Positions 27,907-42,703 are shown, counted from the first letter of the stretch. The stretch is DNA of 64,000 nucleotides from Octopus vulgaris (GCA_951406725.2 OX597816.1:156984001-157048000); one strand, 5' to 3'. The notes: generated by a model from the letters alone, not told the origin. Made by a program: numbers and translations.

Positions 27907-28480
27907 CACCCGGATTAGAATAATGCTGGAAGGCAACCTTGGAGAGTAAAAATTAATTAAGAATAATATCATGTTTGTTGAAAAACAAAAAGCAGAAGAA
28001 AGACGAGAGAATTACAATAAACACAGACTTCCAAATAATGAATTAGACAGTGTAGGCAATATCCACAAATGAAAGAAAATAATTAAATAGAATAATACTG
28101 ACGCATTACATAATCACGCAAAACAAAACTAATACTATAGCTAGCAGAGTTAGAAGTTTGATATAATAGTATTAAGTGAAGACTCAGTGAACAAGCGATA
28201 CTCAATAGAAAGAAAAGAGACGAGAAATATTTGTGAAAACATTGAAAGCATACAACTTACAATTGAATATAGAAAGATTATATTAACTATGAATGCAAGG
28301 AATAAGAGAACTTATATAAAAGCACACCGAGATACAAGTCATTAGGAGACACTAACTATATCGATGCTACTAGAACTGTTCTAAGGAAATACGATGTTGT
28401 GACAGCAACAAAAGTCAAGCAGGATAAAACAGTAAGCCAGAAGCTTGGTAGCTCGGCAGCTGAAGAGGCAAGCCTATCCC
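27907..28480 (+). mobile_element. Possible decayed N-terminal part of an R4/Dong-like LINE
   Basis: A-rich coding-like sequence after a (TAA)/(GAT)n tract; only weak motif similarity. Confidence 0.3.
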
Positions 28481-29002
28481 GTGTAACAACGTCGTAGAGC
28501 GCTGCACGGATGGGTTCGTTTAAGTGCTCGGGGGTCTTGTTTCGTCCAGATCATTAGGTGGGTATAGCAGATCCCTGGTAACGAGTAAAGTGGCCAATAT
28601 TTCTAAAATCTGCGAAGAGAAAAAAGCTGTCCCTGAAAGGCCGAATAAAGTTGGCGAACTGCTACGTTACCCCTGCAATATTTTGCTGGATGACCATCGT
28701 ACTTCATACCATTTCATTTAACGAGTTGTCAGTACATGCTACTTGGACATCTGGGTACGCCTTGGCTAATGATGCAAAGACATGCGCCGAGGTTACGACA
28801 TTTCAAGAGTACTGATTCTCTTTATCAGACCGAATACTATATCTCGTGTGTAAGAAAAACAAAAACATTTAACATTTATATTTTTAGTGAACGCTGTCAC
28901 TCTCAACACACTACTTCTCTCTCCCTCACACAAACACACACATACATTAACACAACTTCTCACTCTCTCCCTCACACACACACACACACACACACACATT
29001 TT

Positions 29003-29195
29003 CACTTCGCTATGGCAAGAAGGGATTTAACTCATGTTAGCAAACTTCAAAATTGGCAAAAGTTAAGGTTGAAAATCGATATTTACCGCTAACCTCGGGT
29101 GCCTCGGGAGAAATAATTTGACGAAAATACAGCTAGGTTCGTGACGAATGTCCTCCTAAAATTTCTAATCTGTGGATGTGCATAAATTACATTCA

Positions 29196-29244
<49 letters not shown>

Positions 29245-29285
29245 ACACACACACACACATATCCTGCCTTTTATATATACAGATA
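29003..29285 (+). mobile_element. Possible non-autonomous Helitron/HINE-like element with internal (CA)n
   Basis: Begins cttcgctatgg, has tgtggatgtgcataaa-(CA)n and ends cttttatatatacagat, a layout typical of such elements. Confidence 0.3.
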
Positions 29286-29438
29286 TGTTATCTGGGGTAC
29301 GGCCGAATTCAAACGGAAAGAAGACCTAAAACAAATGTGTGTGTGTTTTTTGTTGGGCCTTTAATAACCAGGGGTCAATTTCATTTCCATCACACAAAGG
29401 AATTCAAATATTTATTAGCAACTCCCTCTCCCCCTCTC

Positions 29439-29474
<36 letters not shown>

Positions 29475-29584
29475 ACTTCCTCTCTCCCTTGCTCGACCCA
29501 CGCATCAAATTAAATATCTTAATTTTCTCATTAAGCTCCTTGCTTCTTCGGTGGCCCAGTAGGCATGGGTGTTGAAAAGGAGTA

Positions 29585-29940
29585 ATTCAGCACATAGGTA
29601 TTGGTTTCAAATTGAAATACAAAAAATGTGGCATCTATAACTGTTCCTCTTATTGTAGATGTTCTAAACGTCAGAAACATCTAGACCACATCCCAGGAGA
29701 ACCATGAAAAGATGTTGCTGAGAAATACTACCCACATCCTTAGAAAGATCATGTCAATTTAAATCTCTCTGTTGTATTACATGAAGATATTTCGCTACTA
29801 CCCCTGCCACTTACACTCCGCAAGCTTATAGTCATATTGTAACATCTCTTATCCTTCACTCGCCCAGGTCGCTGGGTGTCTCGGCATATGATTGTAACAA
29901 ACATGCAGATTAAAAGTAAATAACACTAATAATTATAATA
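29585..29940 (+). mobile_element. R4/Dong-like LINE 3' fragment
   Basis: KMWHL...TTHILRKIMSI* C-terminus, 3' UTR hairpin, degenerate (TAA)n tail. Confidence 0.65.
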
Positions 29941-30794
29941 GGTGACTTTTGAACAAAGCACAAGGACAGCAATTTTACTTATAGGAGTTACTCGAAGTTG
30001 TCCGCCCAAAATCTTTATTGGCACTTTATTTTAAAGACCCTGGAAGGAGGTATGTCATGCTTGACTGTGGCAGGATTTGAACATAGAAATTAAACTTTTA
30101 CAAGTCATTAAAGCAAGAACAATTTTCTCCGCTCTCGGTCGTCAGTCCATCAACTTTTCGATGTATACACAGTAAATTTTCATTGTCATCTATGTGGCAA
30201 CTGTGAAAAGGAAGGTGAAACTATGTTACATAATAAAATAACCTCACTAATTTGTTTAACCATCGATCATCCATGAATTTACGACTGCAATGATGTTTAC
30301 TTATGAAATTCATCACTCTACTTAATGCTTAGTGTGAAAAATATTTTGTTTTGTTTTTTTTTTCAAATATATCATCGAATGTGATCGATCTTTAAGAGAC
30401 ATAATTTTATTAGTACACCATTGACGCAATATTTTCTTCGAGTGGATTATTTAATACAATAGGTCTACATAAAATATCAATATTGATTATACATTTTAGG
30501 TGAGCGTCGAGTCGAGAAATATAGTGTTTTATGAGTGTTAGGTTTAGTTTTCACGATTCTGTTTTTCTTCTCAGCATTTCAATTGCTATATTTTTTGCTC
30601 ATCAACATGCAATATTTCTCTCGGTCTCTTCAATATGATCAATCGATTTCATTCTCTCCCAATGCAAATTAAGTGTATCATAATGTGGTGTAAAGACTTC
30701 AATGTCACAACAAAGCAACGATATATTCGGATATATATATATATATATAAAGAATAATGTATTTTCGCCTCGGCTATTTTGTAAACACAGGCAG

Positions 30795-30835
<41 letters not shown>

Positions 30836-30848
30836 TTGTATGTATATA

Positions 30849-30886
<38 letters not shown>

Positions 30887-32479
30887 GGATATACATATAT
30901 ATATATAGATATAAATGTATATATGTAAACATACAAACTTACGTATGTATGCATATGTATGTATGTATATAAGTATATATACATATATATGTATATGTCT
31001 ATAAGTGAGTATATATATATATGAACTGTCTGTGTTTACAACATGACCACTATCAGTCGAAAGGCTAATTCTTCATATCCTTCCATATGTGAAACCGAGG
31101 TGGAAATACATTATTCTTTCTCTGACTCACTCTCATTTTCAATTTATTTGTATTTCTCCCTCTGCTACTCTTTCTTTCCACGAAGCTACCCGCAACTGGT
31201 TAATTATCACTGTGAAATATGCGCTTCTACCTTATACCGCCCGACCACTTTATCGATAGCTTTTTCCGCCTTAACGAATCTGATAACACAAAGGTAGATT
31301 AAAACTTAAATAGGTAAATGTTTCGCATGTTTACAAAATGGTGTATATGATGCAATGCGTACCATCTTATCCTCGACACACTATAAACTCGATCATCTTG
31401 CGGTCCTTCAATGAACGGAATCGGGGAAAATGGAATAGCTTTCATCTGGACACGACTAACTTACGTCGGAAAAATTCCTAGTAGAAATCAAAAGGCTTTC
31501 GCAGATTTAATTTGAGAACAATTCCCAGCACTGAAAGACTCTTGTATAACCAATATTAATTTATTCTTCCCAATGCCCATAAAATCAACCTTTCGTTAAG
31601 GAGGCAATAGCCTTTTAATTGAAGTGGATCTATCTTCAAATCTGATATCTCAACAGAACTCTACAATATTCTTCAAAGTATTTGACTGGAATGTAAGTTA
31701 TCAACGCCTGAAAATTTGTAAGGCGGAATATATTATGAATGGCATGTAAAGTGTTAAAATAAAACTTGGCAGTGATCCTATTCTCATGGCCAAGTTCTCA
31801 CGAGTAATTTCGAATCTCAAGGCAATTCAATTTCCAGGCATTCTGCCACTTCAACTGAAGTTGCAGTATCGAACTTTTACCAGAGCAATATGAACAATTA
31901 ATACTTAGTGTATCGTGTCCGGAAGTAGGAAAAATGAAGTTGGGCTCATAAAAATATATAGCTAAATACAACGGCGCATATATTTAGTCCAGCTCTCATC
32001 GATTCTGGCATCTGGCGCTTTTTATTGAAAATAATATAACGAAATAGAAAATGTTAAATTAATAAAGTACCGGAATTATGATACCTGTTTTTTTTTTTAA
32101 TTTGATCTTATTGATTTATATATTTATTAAAATATTGACTGATGTGTGCAATATATGCAGTGATGTTAGTATTGAATTGCATTTAATAAATTCTTGCAAT
32201 TTACATACAGATAATTCTCTGAAAACCATGCCAGTGTATTATGTAACAGGATGTCATGGAAGATTGAATTAACATGTAAGCTTGTCTGCTGAGGTGATAA
32301 CAAGAGAGCAGGTGAAAGACAAGGAGAAGGAGCGGGAGAAATGTGTGTGTTCGTATTTTCAAGTAGTGAGAATATGCATTAATATGTATATCAGTCCACA
32401 AACAGGTGTGTGTACGAATTCGTGTATAAATACATTTGTGTGTATGTGAGAAGAGCTATTTGCATACATATTCATATAT

Positions 32480-32557
<78 letters not shown>

Positions 32558-33650
32558 GTATCTGTCAGTCTATCTATTTATCTGTCTGTCTACCGATATA
32601 TATGTCTGTCTATCTATAACTATATCTGTATATATACATACTTATACATATATATATATTTGTTTGTGCTTATGTACACACAAATATGCATTTTCATATA
32701 CATTTGCTCATATATATACATCCATAAATATAAAATACATATAAGCAAGTACGTACACAAATATATTTATATATATACATACCTGGATACATACATGCAT
32801 ACGTACACATTCACATATGTACATGTGTATAGATACATACACTATTATATGCACACATATATATATATACACATAATTCATACGCTTCACAAACTATATT
32901 AGTATTTTACAGACTTCATTTTGCAAAATTTATATCACCAAGTTTATTTTTACAGCCATATGGTATTGTTGTAACGTCCGTGATGTTATAAATAAAGCAA
33001 TAAATTCCTTTTATAACAATTCACGGGGAAACATAATTTGCAAGAAAGGCAACAGACCAAAAACATGTTCATAATAAAAATAGAGACCTGTCCACATCAA
33101 ATGTTATACTTATGAATTTGGTCTACCACACAATCAATACTATTTTCAGTTTGCTCCCTCTCCCTCCATCTCTCACCTTCTCTCTCCCCCTTCCCCGTTA
33201 TATATGCATATATACATATATACATACATAAATATATAAACATACACAAACACACACAGACACACACACACATATATATATATATAATATATATATATGC
33301 ACATATATATATATATCTGAACACACACATATACACGTACGAATATCTATCACTATCGCTATCTATTTATCTATCTATTTATATCCATATGTATATATAC
33401 ATACATATATGCATACATACATTCATATGTATAATCATACCTTTATGAATGCATATATAGTAGATAGGTAGATAAATCACTATTACTTTCTTATATACTT
33501 TTCTGCCCTTCTAGTCACGTCAGGCTGTAGACACCCAGGGAAGCGTCTGCACAGATATATGTCAATTAGGTCGACGATCTGTCGATCCTACGAAGATCGG
33601 TCCATCCATTTTGTCTGTGATCATAGCGTCTTATTATACACACGTACGTA

Positions 33651-33709
<59 letters not shown>

Positions 33710-33716
33710 CATATTA

Positions 33717-33754
<38 letters not shown>

Positions 33755-33768
33755 CCATATTATGCAGA

Positions 33769-33835
<67 letters not shown>

Positions 33836-33837
<2 letters not shown>

Positions 33838-34205
33838 TATATTAAATTAGAGACAAAACCACTATTATGCAAATCAAACAATGAAAGACTTAAGCCAATA
33901 CATAAATTAATTTATATCATTCACCTGATGAATGTCTGATACTCAAAAATTTGATGACAGAAGACAGGAAAGGATCGTAGTGGATATTAATTATATTTTT
34001 TAATAATTGTTACATATCTAAATAATATAAATTAATTTATGTATTGGCTTAAGTCTTTCATTGTTTGATTTGCATAATAGTGGTTTTGTCTCTAATTTAA
34101 TATAATATAATATTTTACTATAAAATTGGATTCAATCCTAAATCTGATTTTTCCCTGTAAGTTTGGATTTATTCCCTAATATTTATTATTATTATTATAT
34201 AATAT
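33836..34205 (+). mobile_element. Penelope pLTR-like island with 82-bp inverted repeat
   Basis: Arms 33836-33917 and 34025-34106; (TA)n on both sides; HHR in the spacer. Confidence 0.7.
33919..33985 (+). ncRNA. Minimal type I hammerhead ribozyme motif
   Basis: attcac-CTGATGA-a tgtct..agaca g-GAAA-ggatcg-TA-gtggat; stem III is one change from the palindrome ACGATCGT. Confidence 0.68.
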
Positions 34206-34206
34206 T

Positions 34207-34256
<50 letters not shown>

Positions 34257-34571
34257 ATAGTAACAGTAGTATTCGGCATTTATAATATTCTACCCACGCT
34301 CTAACTGATGTAATGCGAAGTTGCCCTCTGCAAAATTCGGGTCTCGATCGTACACAACTACGAATATATCCCCGTTTTGATAATGCAGATATTAATCGTA
34401 TGTGTGGAAGACAGGCTAGATTATAGACTAATCGGAAAGGCGGAAGTAAGGATACGATATAACTGTGGACATATTAAGACTGTTCTTACAATACAGAAAA
34501 CACTATGGAAATACGTAATAGAAATTGACAATAAGAGAAAATGGCGTCGATATCTTGTGAATTGTTCGTAT

Positions 34572-35144
34572 GCAAGACAAAACATCTCGAGGATTGAATC
34601 ACCCCAGAGGGCACTCACTAAACGAATTGAAGGCATGGCTGCTGTCGATTATTGGGATCGCGTTAAAGCCTTGAAACTCTACTCTCTCCAGCGTCGCCGT
34701 GAGCGTAACATCATTTGTACGATGTGGAGAATATACCGCCAACTTTGCCCAAACGACCTGAACGTTAGCTTCAAGGTTCATCCAAGACTGGGACCACGGG
34801 CCATACGTCCCCTGCCCATTTCAAGATCACAGCATACATGTACACTGCAACATAATTTCTTTTCCTCAACAGGCCCTGCCCTATTTAACGTTGTCCCGAA
34901 AGAGATCAAAGAGGAAAAAGATCCCATCAAATTTAAACGGAGTCTGGATAGATTCCTTCAAAGAATACCAGATAAGCCAACCATAATTGGATACAACTCA
35001 CCCAACAAAAACTCACTACTTGAATGGACCATGAACAAAACTTGACTTAAACAGGATTCGAATAATCCTATCAGGTGGTGCTATTAAGTTAGACATGGCC
35101 TGGACCAATCTTTGGTCGAAACGTTTCTAAGTTTATCTAAGTTT

Positions 35145-35145
<1 letters not shown>
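34572..35145 (+). mobile_element. CR1-group LINE 3' end (ORF2 C-terminus, 3' UTR, tandem tail)
   Basis: IESPQRALTKRI..YWDR.KALKLYSLQRRRER...GPALFN..P...FKRSLDRFL..IPDKP; tail (TCTAAGTTTA)2. Confidence 0.88.
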
Positions 35146-35205
<60 letters not shown>

Positions 35206-35320
35206 TATATTTATTTATTTATTTATTTATATATGTACGTGTGCGTTTATGTGTGTATGTATGTATGTATGCATATATAGAGATATGTATGTATATATAT
35301 ATATATATATGTATGTATGC

Positions 35321-35409
<89 letters not shown>

Positions 35410-35422
35410 TAATAATAATAAT

Positions 35423-35668
35423 GACAGAAAGATATATGCGAATAGGCTACACATTATACAGAAGGACTTCAGACAAAAATCATGTCTCCTCATCGACATG
35501 ACTGTCCCAATCGATATGACAGTATATGTCGTGACTTACCAAAAACTGACAAGTTTAAAGATCTTGAAAAAAAAATTGGCAAAATGTGGAACCTCAAGAC
35601 TAAGACAATACCTGTTAGCATAGGTTCCTTAAGAATGATAGCGAAAGGGGCTGATTCCTACCTAGCTT
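35423..35668 (+). mobile_element. R4/Dong-like LINE restriction-like endonuclease fragment
   Basis: ANR..II.KD...CLLIDMTVP...[17 protein letters not shown]; directly follows (TAA)n 35325-35422. Confidence 0.85.
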
Positions 35669-35835
35669 ATAGAGATAAAGTAAAATAAACTTTCAGTTCA
35701 AAATCGGACATTTCATTCTTAATAACCTGATACTTTAAATGGGAGGCTGGAGGAACAACTTCATGATAGCTTTAATACACACATGCACACAGATATAGAC
35801 GCACATATCCTTTTGAGAGATAAATAGATAGATAA

Positions 35836-36200
35836 GTTTCTTTATTGACCACACAGGGCTGCACACACATGTGACAAGTTACAAGGTAGAGCTTTTCTTT
35901 GGGGGGAGAAAAAAAAAGGGGGTGGCGTAGGTCTTCGATCAAAAGGGATCGTAAAAGGGGAAAAAAGAACAAAAAAAGAAAAAAAGGAAAAAAGAAAAAA
36001 AAGGAAAAGAAAAAAAGGAAAAAAAGAAAAAAAGGAAAAGAAAAAAAAGAAAAAAGGGAAAAGAAAAAAAAAGAAAAAGGAAAAGAAGAAAGAAAAAAAG
36101 AACAAAAAGGAAAAGAAAAAAAGAAAAAAGGGAAAAAAAGAAAAGAAAAATGAAAAAAGAAGAAAAAAGAGGAAAAAAAGGAGGGAGAGGAAAAAATGAT
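35836..36200 (-). mobile_element. Probable LINE 3' UTR terminus with pyrimidine-rich tract
   Basis: Minus strand ends agccctgtgtggtcAATAAAgaaa next to (TATC)n; T/C-rich tract upstream. Confidence 0.5.
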
Positions 36201-36209
36201 AAATAGATA

Positions 36210-36612
36210 GGCGCAGGAGTGGCTGTGTGGTAAGTAGCTAGCTAACCAACCACATGGTTCCGGGTTCAGTCCCACTGCGTGGCATCTTGGGCAAGTGTCT
36301 TCTGCTATAGCCCCGGGCCGACCAATGCCTTGTGAGTGGATTTGGTAGACGGAAACTGAAAGAAGCCTGTCGTATATAGGTACACATATATGTGTGTGTG
36401 TGTGTTTGTGTTTGTCCCCCTAGCATTGCTTGACAACCGATGCTGGTGTGTTTACGTCCCCGTCACTTAGCGGTTCGGCAAAAGAGACCGATAGAATAAG
36501 TACTGGGCTTACAAAGAATAAGTCCCGGGGTCGATTTGCTCGACTAAAGGCGGTACTCCAGCATGGCCGCAGTCAAATGACTGAAACAAGTAAAAGAGTA
36601 AAAGAGTAAAGA
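36210..36612 (+). mobile_element. SINE family A, full length, in (GATA)n
   Basis: A and B boxes, CORE-like segment, tail; atagatag flanks. Confidence 0.9.
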
Positions 36613-36613
36613 T

Positions 36614-36697
<84 letters not shown>

Positions 36698-37590
36698 GCC
36701 GGTAAATAGGTAGATAGACAGATAGATACATAGGCAGGTAGGTAGGTAGTTAGGTAGGTACATAGATACATACATAGATAGTTAGATACATACATACATA
36801 CATACATACATACATACATACATACATACATACATACATACATACATACATACATACATACATGCATTCATACATACATACTTACATACGTTTACATTAC
36901 TAAAGTTTAAAAGGTTAAATGATTGTAAAATGATCGGTTGTGTGTAAAGAACAATTTGAAACGCGATAAACAATTCTAAACCAAATAAAAACTGCGCTTG
37001 TTCAGAGCTACATAAAATTTTTTCGATAAACATGAAACGATAAGTGTAACGAAAATTATGCCACTTGATATATTATGGGAAACTTAAAAGAGAAGAGTAT
37101 TTGATATTAATTTTAAAAGTAATTAATTATGTGTGAATATAGGATTTTCCCTTTTTAGCTCTTGTGGGATTAGATTAACAATAATAATAGACTAAATTAT
37201 CATTAATACCACTGAAGTAGATCAATAGGAAATAGTGTACAAAGCAAGCAAATCTCTAGATAAAATTACCACAGGAAAATATGTAAATGAAATATACATC
37301 CAAAGAGTAGATAGATACAGAGATAGATCTAATGGTAACCGTATATAAACACATCTTTATATAAATTAAATATCGAAACAAATACCCATTTTCAGATATT
37401 TACTGATTCTAGTAATTATTGCAAAAAAGTTTTTAAAACACACACACAAACACACATGCACACACATACATGTAAATATATGTGTGTAGGCACACATATA
37501 TACACATATATGTATGTAGTACAATATAGTGTTTGCAAGCAGCTGTAGATGCATTCAGGTCATATACACAAACTCGTCGAACTAAAATTG

Positions 37591-37799
37591 ATTTCAAAAT
37601 TTGGCACAAAGCCAGCAATTTCGAGAGAGGAGATAAGTCGATTACATCGAACTCAGTTCTCAACTGGTGCTTATTTTATCGGCCCCAAGAAGATGAAAAG
37701 CAAAGTTGATATCGGCAGAATTTGAACTTAGAATAACGACGGATTAAATGCCGCTAAGCATTTTGTCCGGCTTGCTAATGATTTCGCTAGCTCGTCGCC
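37591..37799 (-). mobile_element. SINE family B (tail type 2)
   Basis: Diverged match to 54785-55014 in head and body. Confidence 0.78.
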
Positions 37800-38479
37800 T
37801 CATTAATGGAGAAAAATTTAGAAACAGAAGCAGTAGCTTCTATCCCTTTGTCGCAATTCCGTTGCTGACATATAGTTTCTATTAGATACACATGATTTTC
37901 CTGAAACTATATACCGTTACTTTCCTAGCTGTAATCGTTTGTACATTACCTTTTCAAAGTCGATAAAAGGCAATTATAGTAAATTCTATGTTAGCTATTA
38001 TAATGCAATGTCTCACATTTACATAATGCTTTATGGAATGATGACTCAGAAATCGTGTACGGTCATTGACCTCGTATTCGTTGCAATATTTCTTGTCCAT
38101 CGTACTGACTTCAACGGAATTTGCACATTATTCAAGATAACCAAACTTAAGGATTTTGATCCTTTGCTGCTGATGGTTACACAACTGCATTTCTTAGTCT
38201 CTGCGCTCTGAATTTAAGATATCCTAGTCACTGTAACAATATTTCATTTTTTTTATTTAACATTTTACTATTTATGCAAAAGAGCAACAATACTGCCCTC
38301 ATTGTCATATACTTATCTAGCATTTTTCTATAATTCCAGATGTCACTTTCATTCTATGTTCTTATTTCTTCAATTGATATTACATCTACAGTAGCATGAA
38401 GCACTTCTTGTATTTCAAAATATCAGAACATTTCTTCCATTAATTGTCTTGTATTAAAATGTTTTCTCCAATTTTTTTA

Positions 38480-39400
38480 GATGTTTACGTAACATTTCTC
38501 TCTGAGGCACAAACATCTCAAACCCTATTTATGGACCATTTCGACTCTCCAGCCTCTATACATTAGGGTTCTTAAATGTCACTTCAAGCGATGTTATTAG
38601 CGCGTTAGTAGATCCTACTCTTCTCGTGCTTTATCTCCCTCTTACATAGACATCAGTAACAAAGACTGTTTATTGAGACTCAATATTCCACCTTACTTCT
38701 CCAGATATATTTGATCGTTTCACCACTTTGATTATATCTACTCTTTCATTAAGAGTATATGTCACACTTCGGCTTCTCTTGAAGTATTCGTCTTCGAATT
38801 CAATGCCCTCAACTAACAACATACTGGTACTACTGGTATAAGAAACAGAATTTTCGGAAATCTTCATTACATACCTTCTGTCATTTCAATTCCCTAGTGA
38901 CATTCCTGACCGACATACAGGCAGTCCAAACACCACTGACCTATTCTACTTGACGGTAAATGGCTTTGCACCTATCGGACTGTTAGAAAACTGCTTCATT
39001 GCAACCAACCAATGCACATCGACATACAAGATGTCCCCAACTGCCATACGCTATAGTACTTTATGCCATATGAGTAATTTGCAGTACGTCCGTTGTTGAT
39101 GTGAGGTATCAAATATCCCCTTCAATATATCTCTCCACATCATAAAACAATTGTCAATGCCCTGTAACTTTCAAGCAGCTCTTTCGTTGTAGAGCTGCAG
39201 AAGTGTATGACAAAAGAGACAAGGCTTAAGATTCCTGGAGAAATAAGCCTATACCCAGACATTTTATCGTCTGCCTTTGTAACGAGCGCGTGCGACGCCT
39301 TTATATCTTTACCGTTCTCCTCCCTGATACTCCTCTCTATGCCTTGAAACAAAATTTCAAAGTTTTCCTCGGACGTGGAAGAAATTGGTAACAAATTCAT
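38480..39400 (+). mobile_element. Highly decayed LINE APE-endonuclease region
   Basis: Remnants resembling GDFNA, FPT.IPDR...PNT.DLF. Confidence 0.35.
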
Positions 39401-40097
39401 GTTTTTAGCTGTTTTCTCCTTGAAGCAAGGGGAAAACAACAGCAAAATTCTGCTGTAACAGCAGAAAAGAAGTGGTCTCGACGACCAAAACGGTAAATTT
39501 TCACAAACTTCAGCCCCAAAACAATTTCACAGTGAAGCAAAGAATAACACGACCGAAAAACAATTCCAGTCAGTAGCAAAGCAACAGGTAGGAAGAGAGG
39601 GAGAGAGAGGTGAAGACTTCGTTGTGAACTATCTGACACTATCTGTCTGTTTGCCTCTCTCTCTCTCTAGATATCTGTTTATGTGTGTGTGTCCTTGTAT
39701 GTATATGATTGTGCGTGTTGCCGTTTTGAATTCCTTTCTTCAACTGACCTTAAACTGCTACTAATAGCAACCACACACACACACATTTGTTTTAATCCAT
39801 TTCAACTGAAGCCATATACATAAAGACGTGGTTTTTTGCTCCAAAATTCAAATTTTGAATTTATTTTCATTATAAAATTACACCTTGGCTAAAAAACATC
39901 TTTTGGCTTCGGAATACAACGTTGTCTTTTTCTTTCTATATCTTATAAGTTAGAATTTCTGGCTCATTTGTTGATGTGTCATCATTACACATGCACATTA
40001 CACCTTTAAGATCGGGGAGCCAGTTAGGGGCTTTCTGGATCTCTCTTGGCATACCAGCAAACCACAAAATCGCACCAACCAGCATCACCACTACCTC

Positions 40098-40112
40098 CAA
40101 GCCTGTCATATA

Positions 40113-40148
<36 letters not shown>

Positions 40149-40378
40149 TATATGTATTGTGTGTGTGTGTGTTTGTCACACCACCACCATTGCTTGACAC
40201 CCGATGTCGGTGCATTTGCGTCCGTCCCTGTAATTTAGCTGTTCAGCAGAAGAGTCTGACCGAATAAGCACCAGGCTTACACGGAATACGTATAGGAGTC
40301 AATGTCTTCGACTAAAGGGTGGTGCTTCAGCATGGCCACTGTCAAATGACTGAATCAAGTAAAAGAATAAAAGAATAT
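40098..40378 (+). mobile_element. SINE family A, 3' half
   Basis: Matches 36363-36610. Confidence 0.82.
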
Positions 40379-40548
40379 CAGAAAAACGTTCCGCACTACT
40401 AAACCAAAAAGGTTCTTTGAATATGTACGATGTATTTTAATACTAAATAGTAATTCTGTTTACGTTTGTGTAACAAATATTTCGGTTGGATTATATAGTC
40501 ATTGGTGTTACATTACTTTCTATATTCTGTAACTGTCACAAAATAATT

Positions 40549-40700
40549 TTCTAGGCCTGAAATTTTTGTGGGCCAGATGATTAGATCGAGCCAGCACACA
40601 ACTGGTCCTTAATTTATCGACCTCGAAAGGACGAAAGACAAAGTCGACTTCGGTAGAATTTGAACTCAGGACGTAAAGACAGTCATAATATACAAACATT
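40549..40700 (-). mobile_element. SINE family B fragment
   Basis: atttatcgacctcgaaagg...aaagtcgacttcgg..gaatttgaactcag. Confidence 0.75.
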
Positions 40701-41089
40701 TCTCATGCCACCAGTACACTGTTTACATATGCTAACATTTTTTGTTTTCCGTGAATTTTTCACGGGTTCAGCTAGTATATTATTATTTTCTATCAGTAAT
40801 TTAAAAACAGAACAAGATGAATTGGTTCTTTCCAAGGCAAAGATCAGCGCTCTCATTGAGCGCTAGTAGTGGTAAACACATTTGACCTCTGCTGACCGCA
40901 AGGGTGTGACGCTTCTTTTGTCCCCTGATCGCACAGAAATGCAAAGTCCCATAGTTGCTCTCCTCATGCAATTAGGTCTATTCACCAAGGTGCTTCTCTT
41001 TTTCATATTATCTCCTCCAACCCTCACATATTTATGATTATCTCAAGTACAAGACAAAAGTCAAAGCTAAACAACATCTAATAATACCA

Positions 41090-41649
<560 letters not shown>

Positions 41650-42173
41650 GAGTGAGAGAGCAGTTCATGCCATCAAAGTGACACTGGGGTAAAATATACG
41701 AAGCCCAATATACCCATCATGACTACCCGTCTGATAAAGGTACACCAGGCACATGCATCACAACCATATGTGCGCGACATGGTGATCTCATATCAAGGTA
41801 AACAGCACATGACCTTGCAGGTGGGGCCCAGTTAGAATTTTCTTCAGGTTGAGTAGCCCATCCCGCTCAAACGGTCCCTGAATAAGGGTTGTTTAAGGAT
41901 GTTGAAAGAACCACCCATGTTTCCAGAGGTGAATTATTCAAACCCCAAAGAACCCCTCTCAACACATGGCTATGATGCTCCCCCACTACTTCTGCTCGTG
42001 ATCAGAGATGCACATATCGTCAGCCACTAAGGGACATGCTCAACTGGTTAAGGTCAAGCAACTGACAAGCAAATCTGTGGTATTGAGCAGAGTATTTGCT
42101 GTAGCCCATCTTTTATACCAAGACAAAACAATGTACATGATAACACTTCCAATCAGTTAAGATCAGAAGCCAT

Positions 42174-42174
<1 letters not shown>
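41650..42174. mobile_element. Unclassified about 520-bp non-coding element embedded in (TTA)n
   Basis: Sharp boundaries, (TTA)n on both sides, higher GC than the flanks, no ORF, TIR or tRNA boxes seen. Confidence 0.55.
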
Positions 42175-42247
<73 letters not shown>

Positions 42248-42248
<1 letters not shown>

Positions 42249-42703
42249 TATGTTTGAGTTTTGCTTTATATTTGTACAAGTTGGCTCCAAGTCTCACCCA
42301 GAGACCTCAAGAGACAACAGGTTGTTATGCCTAGTGTGTCATATATTGGGGGGGGGGTTGTGTTGTACTAGTGAATGTAAAAAAAAAACGAAAATTATGT
42401 TTGTTTTAAACCCTGAGATTACATAGAAAGTATTTTGCGTAGGATATGAGCAGTTCCCATGAGCACTATCTTTTGAATTTCTGCAATTTTGGGGTTTCCT
42501 GGTATCTGAGTTAGGTAGCAATCAGCCCCTTTCGCTATCATTCTCATGACAACAGGTATTGTTTTAGTTTTCAGGTTCCACATTTTGCTGATTTCTATTT
42601 CAAGAACTTTATATTTGCTCAGTTTTTAGTAGGTCATGACAGATACGTTTATATCGATTGGGACAGTCATATCAATGAGTAGGCATGTTCTTTGTCTGAA
42701 GTT
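42248..42703 (-). mobile_element. R4/Dong-like LINE 3' fragment
   Basis: Homologous to 35465-35665; (TAA)n on both sides in element orientation. Confidence 0.87.

Noticed and set aside
34377-35045. 222-aa ORF as a gene
   Set aside because: The C-terminal part is LINE ORF2; the N-terminal part is chance read-through from the flank.
35899-36153. Lysine-rich ORF
   Set aside because: Purine-rich low-complexity tract.
42130-42173. U2 snRNA-like start (atggcttct...aagtgt) of the 520-bp element
   Set aside because: Only two short words match; the U2 branch-point recognition GUAGUA and stem-loop I are absent.
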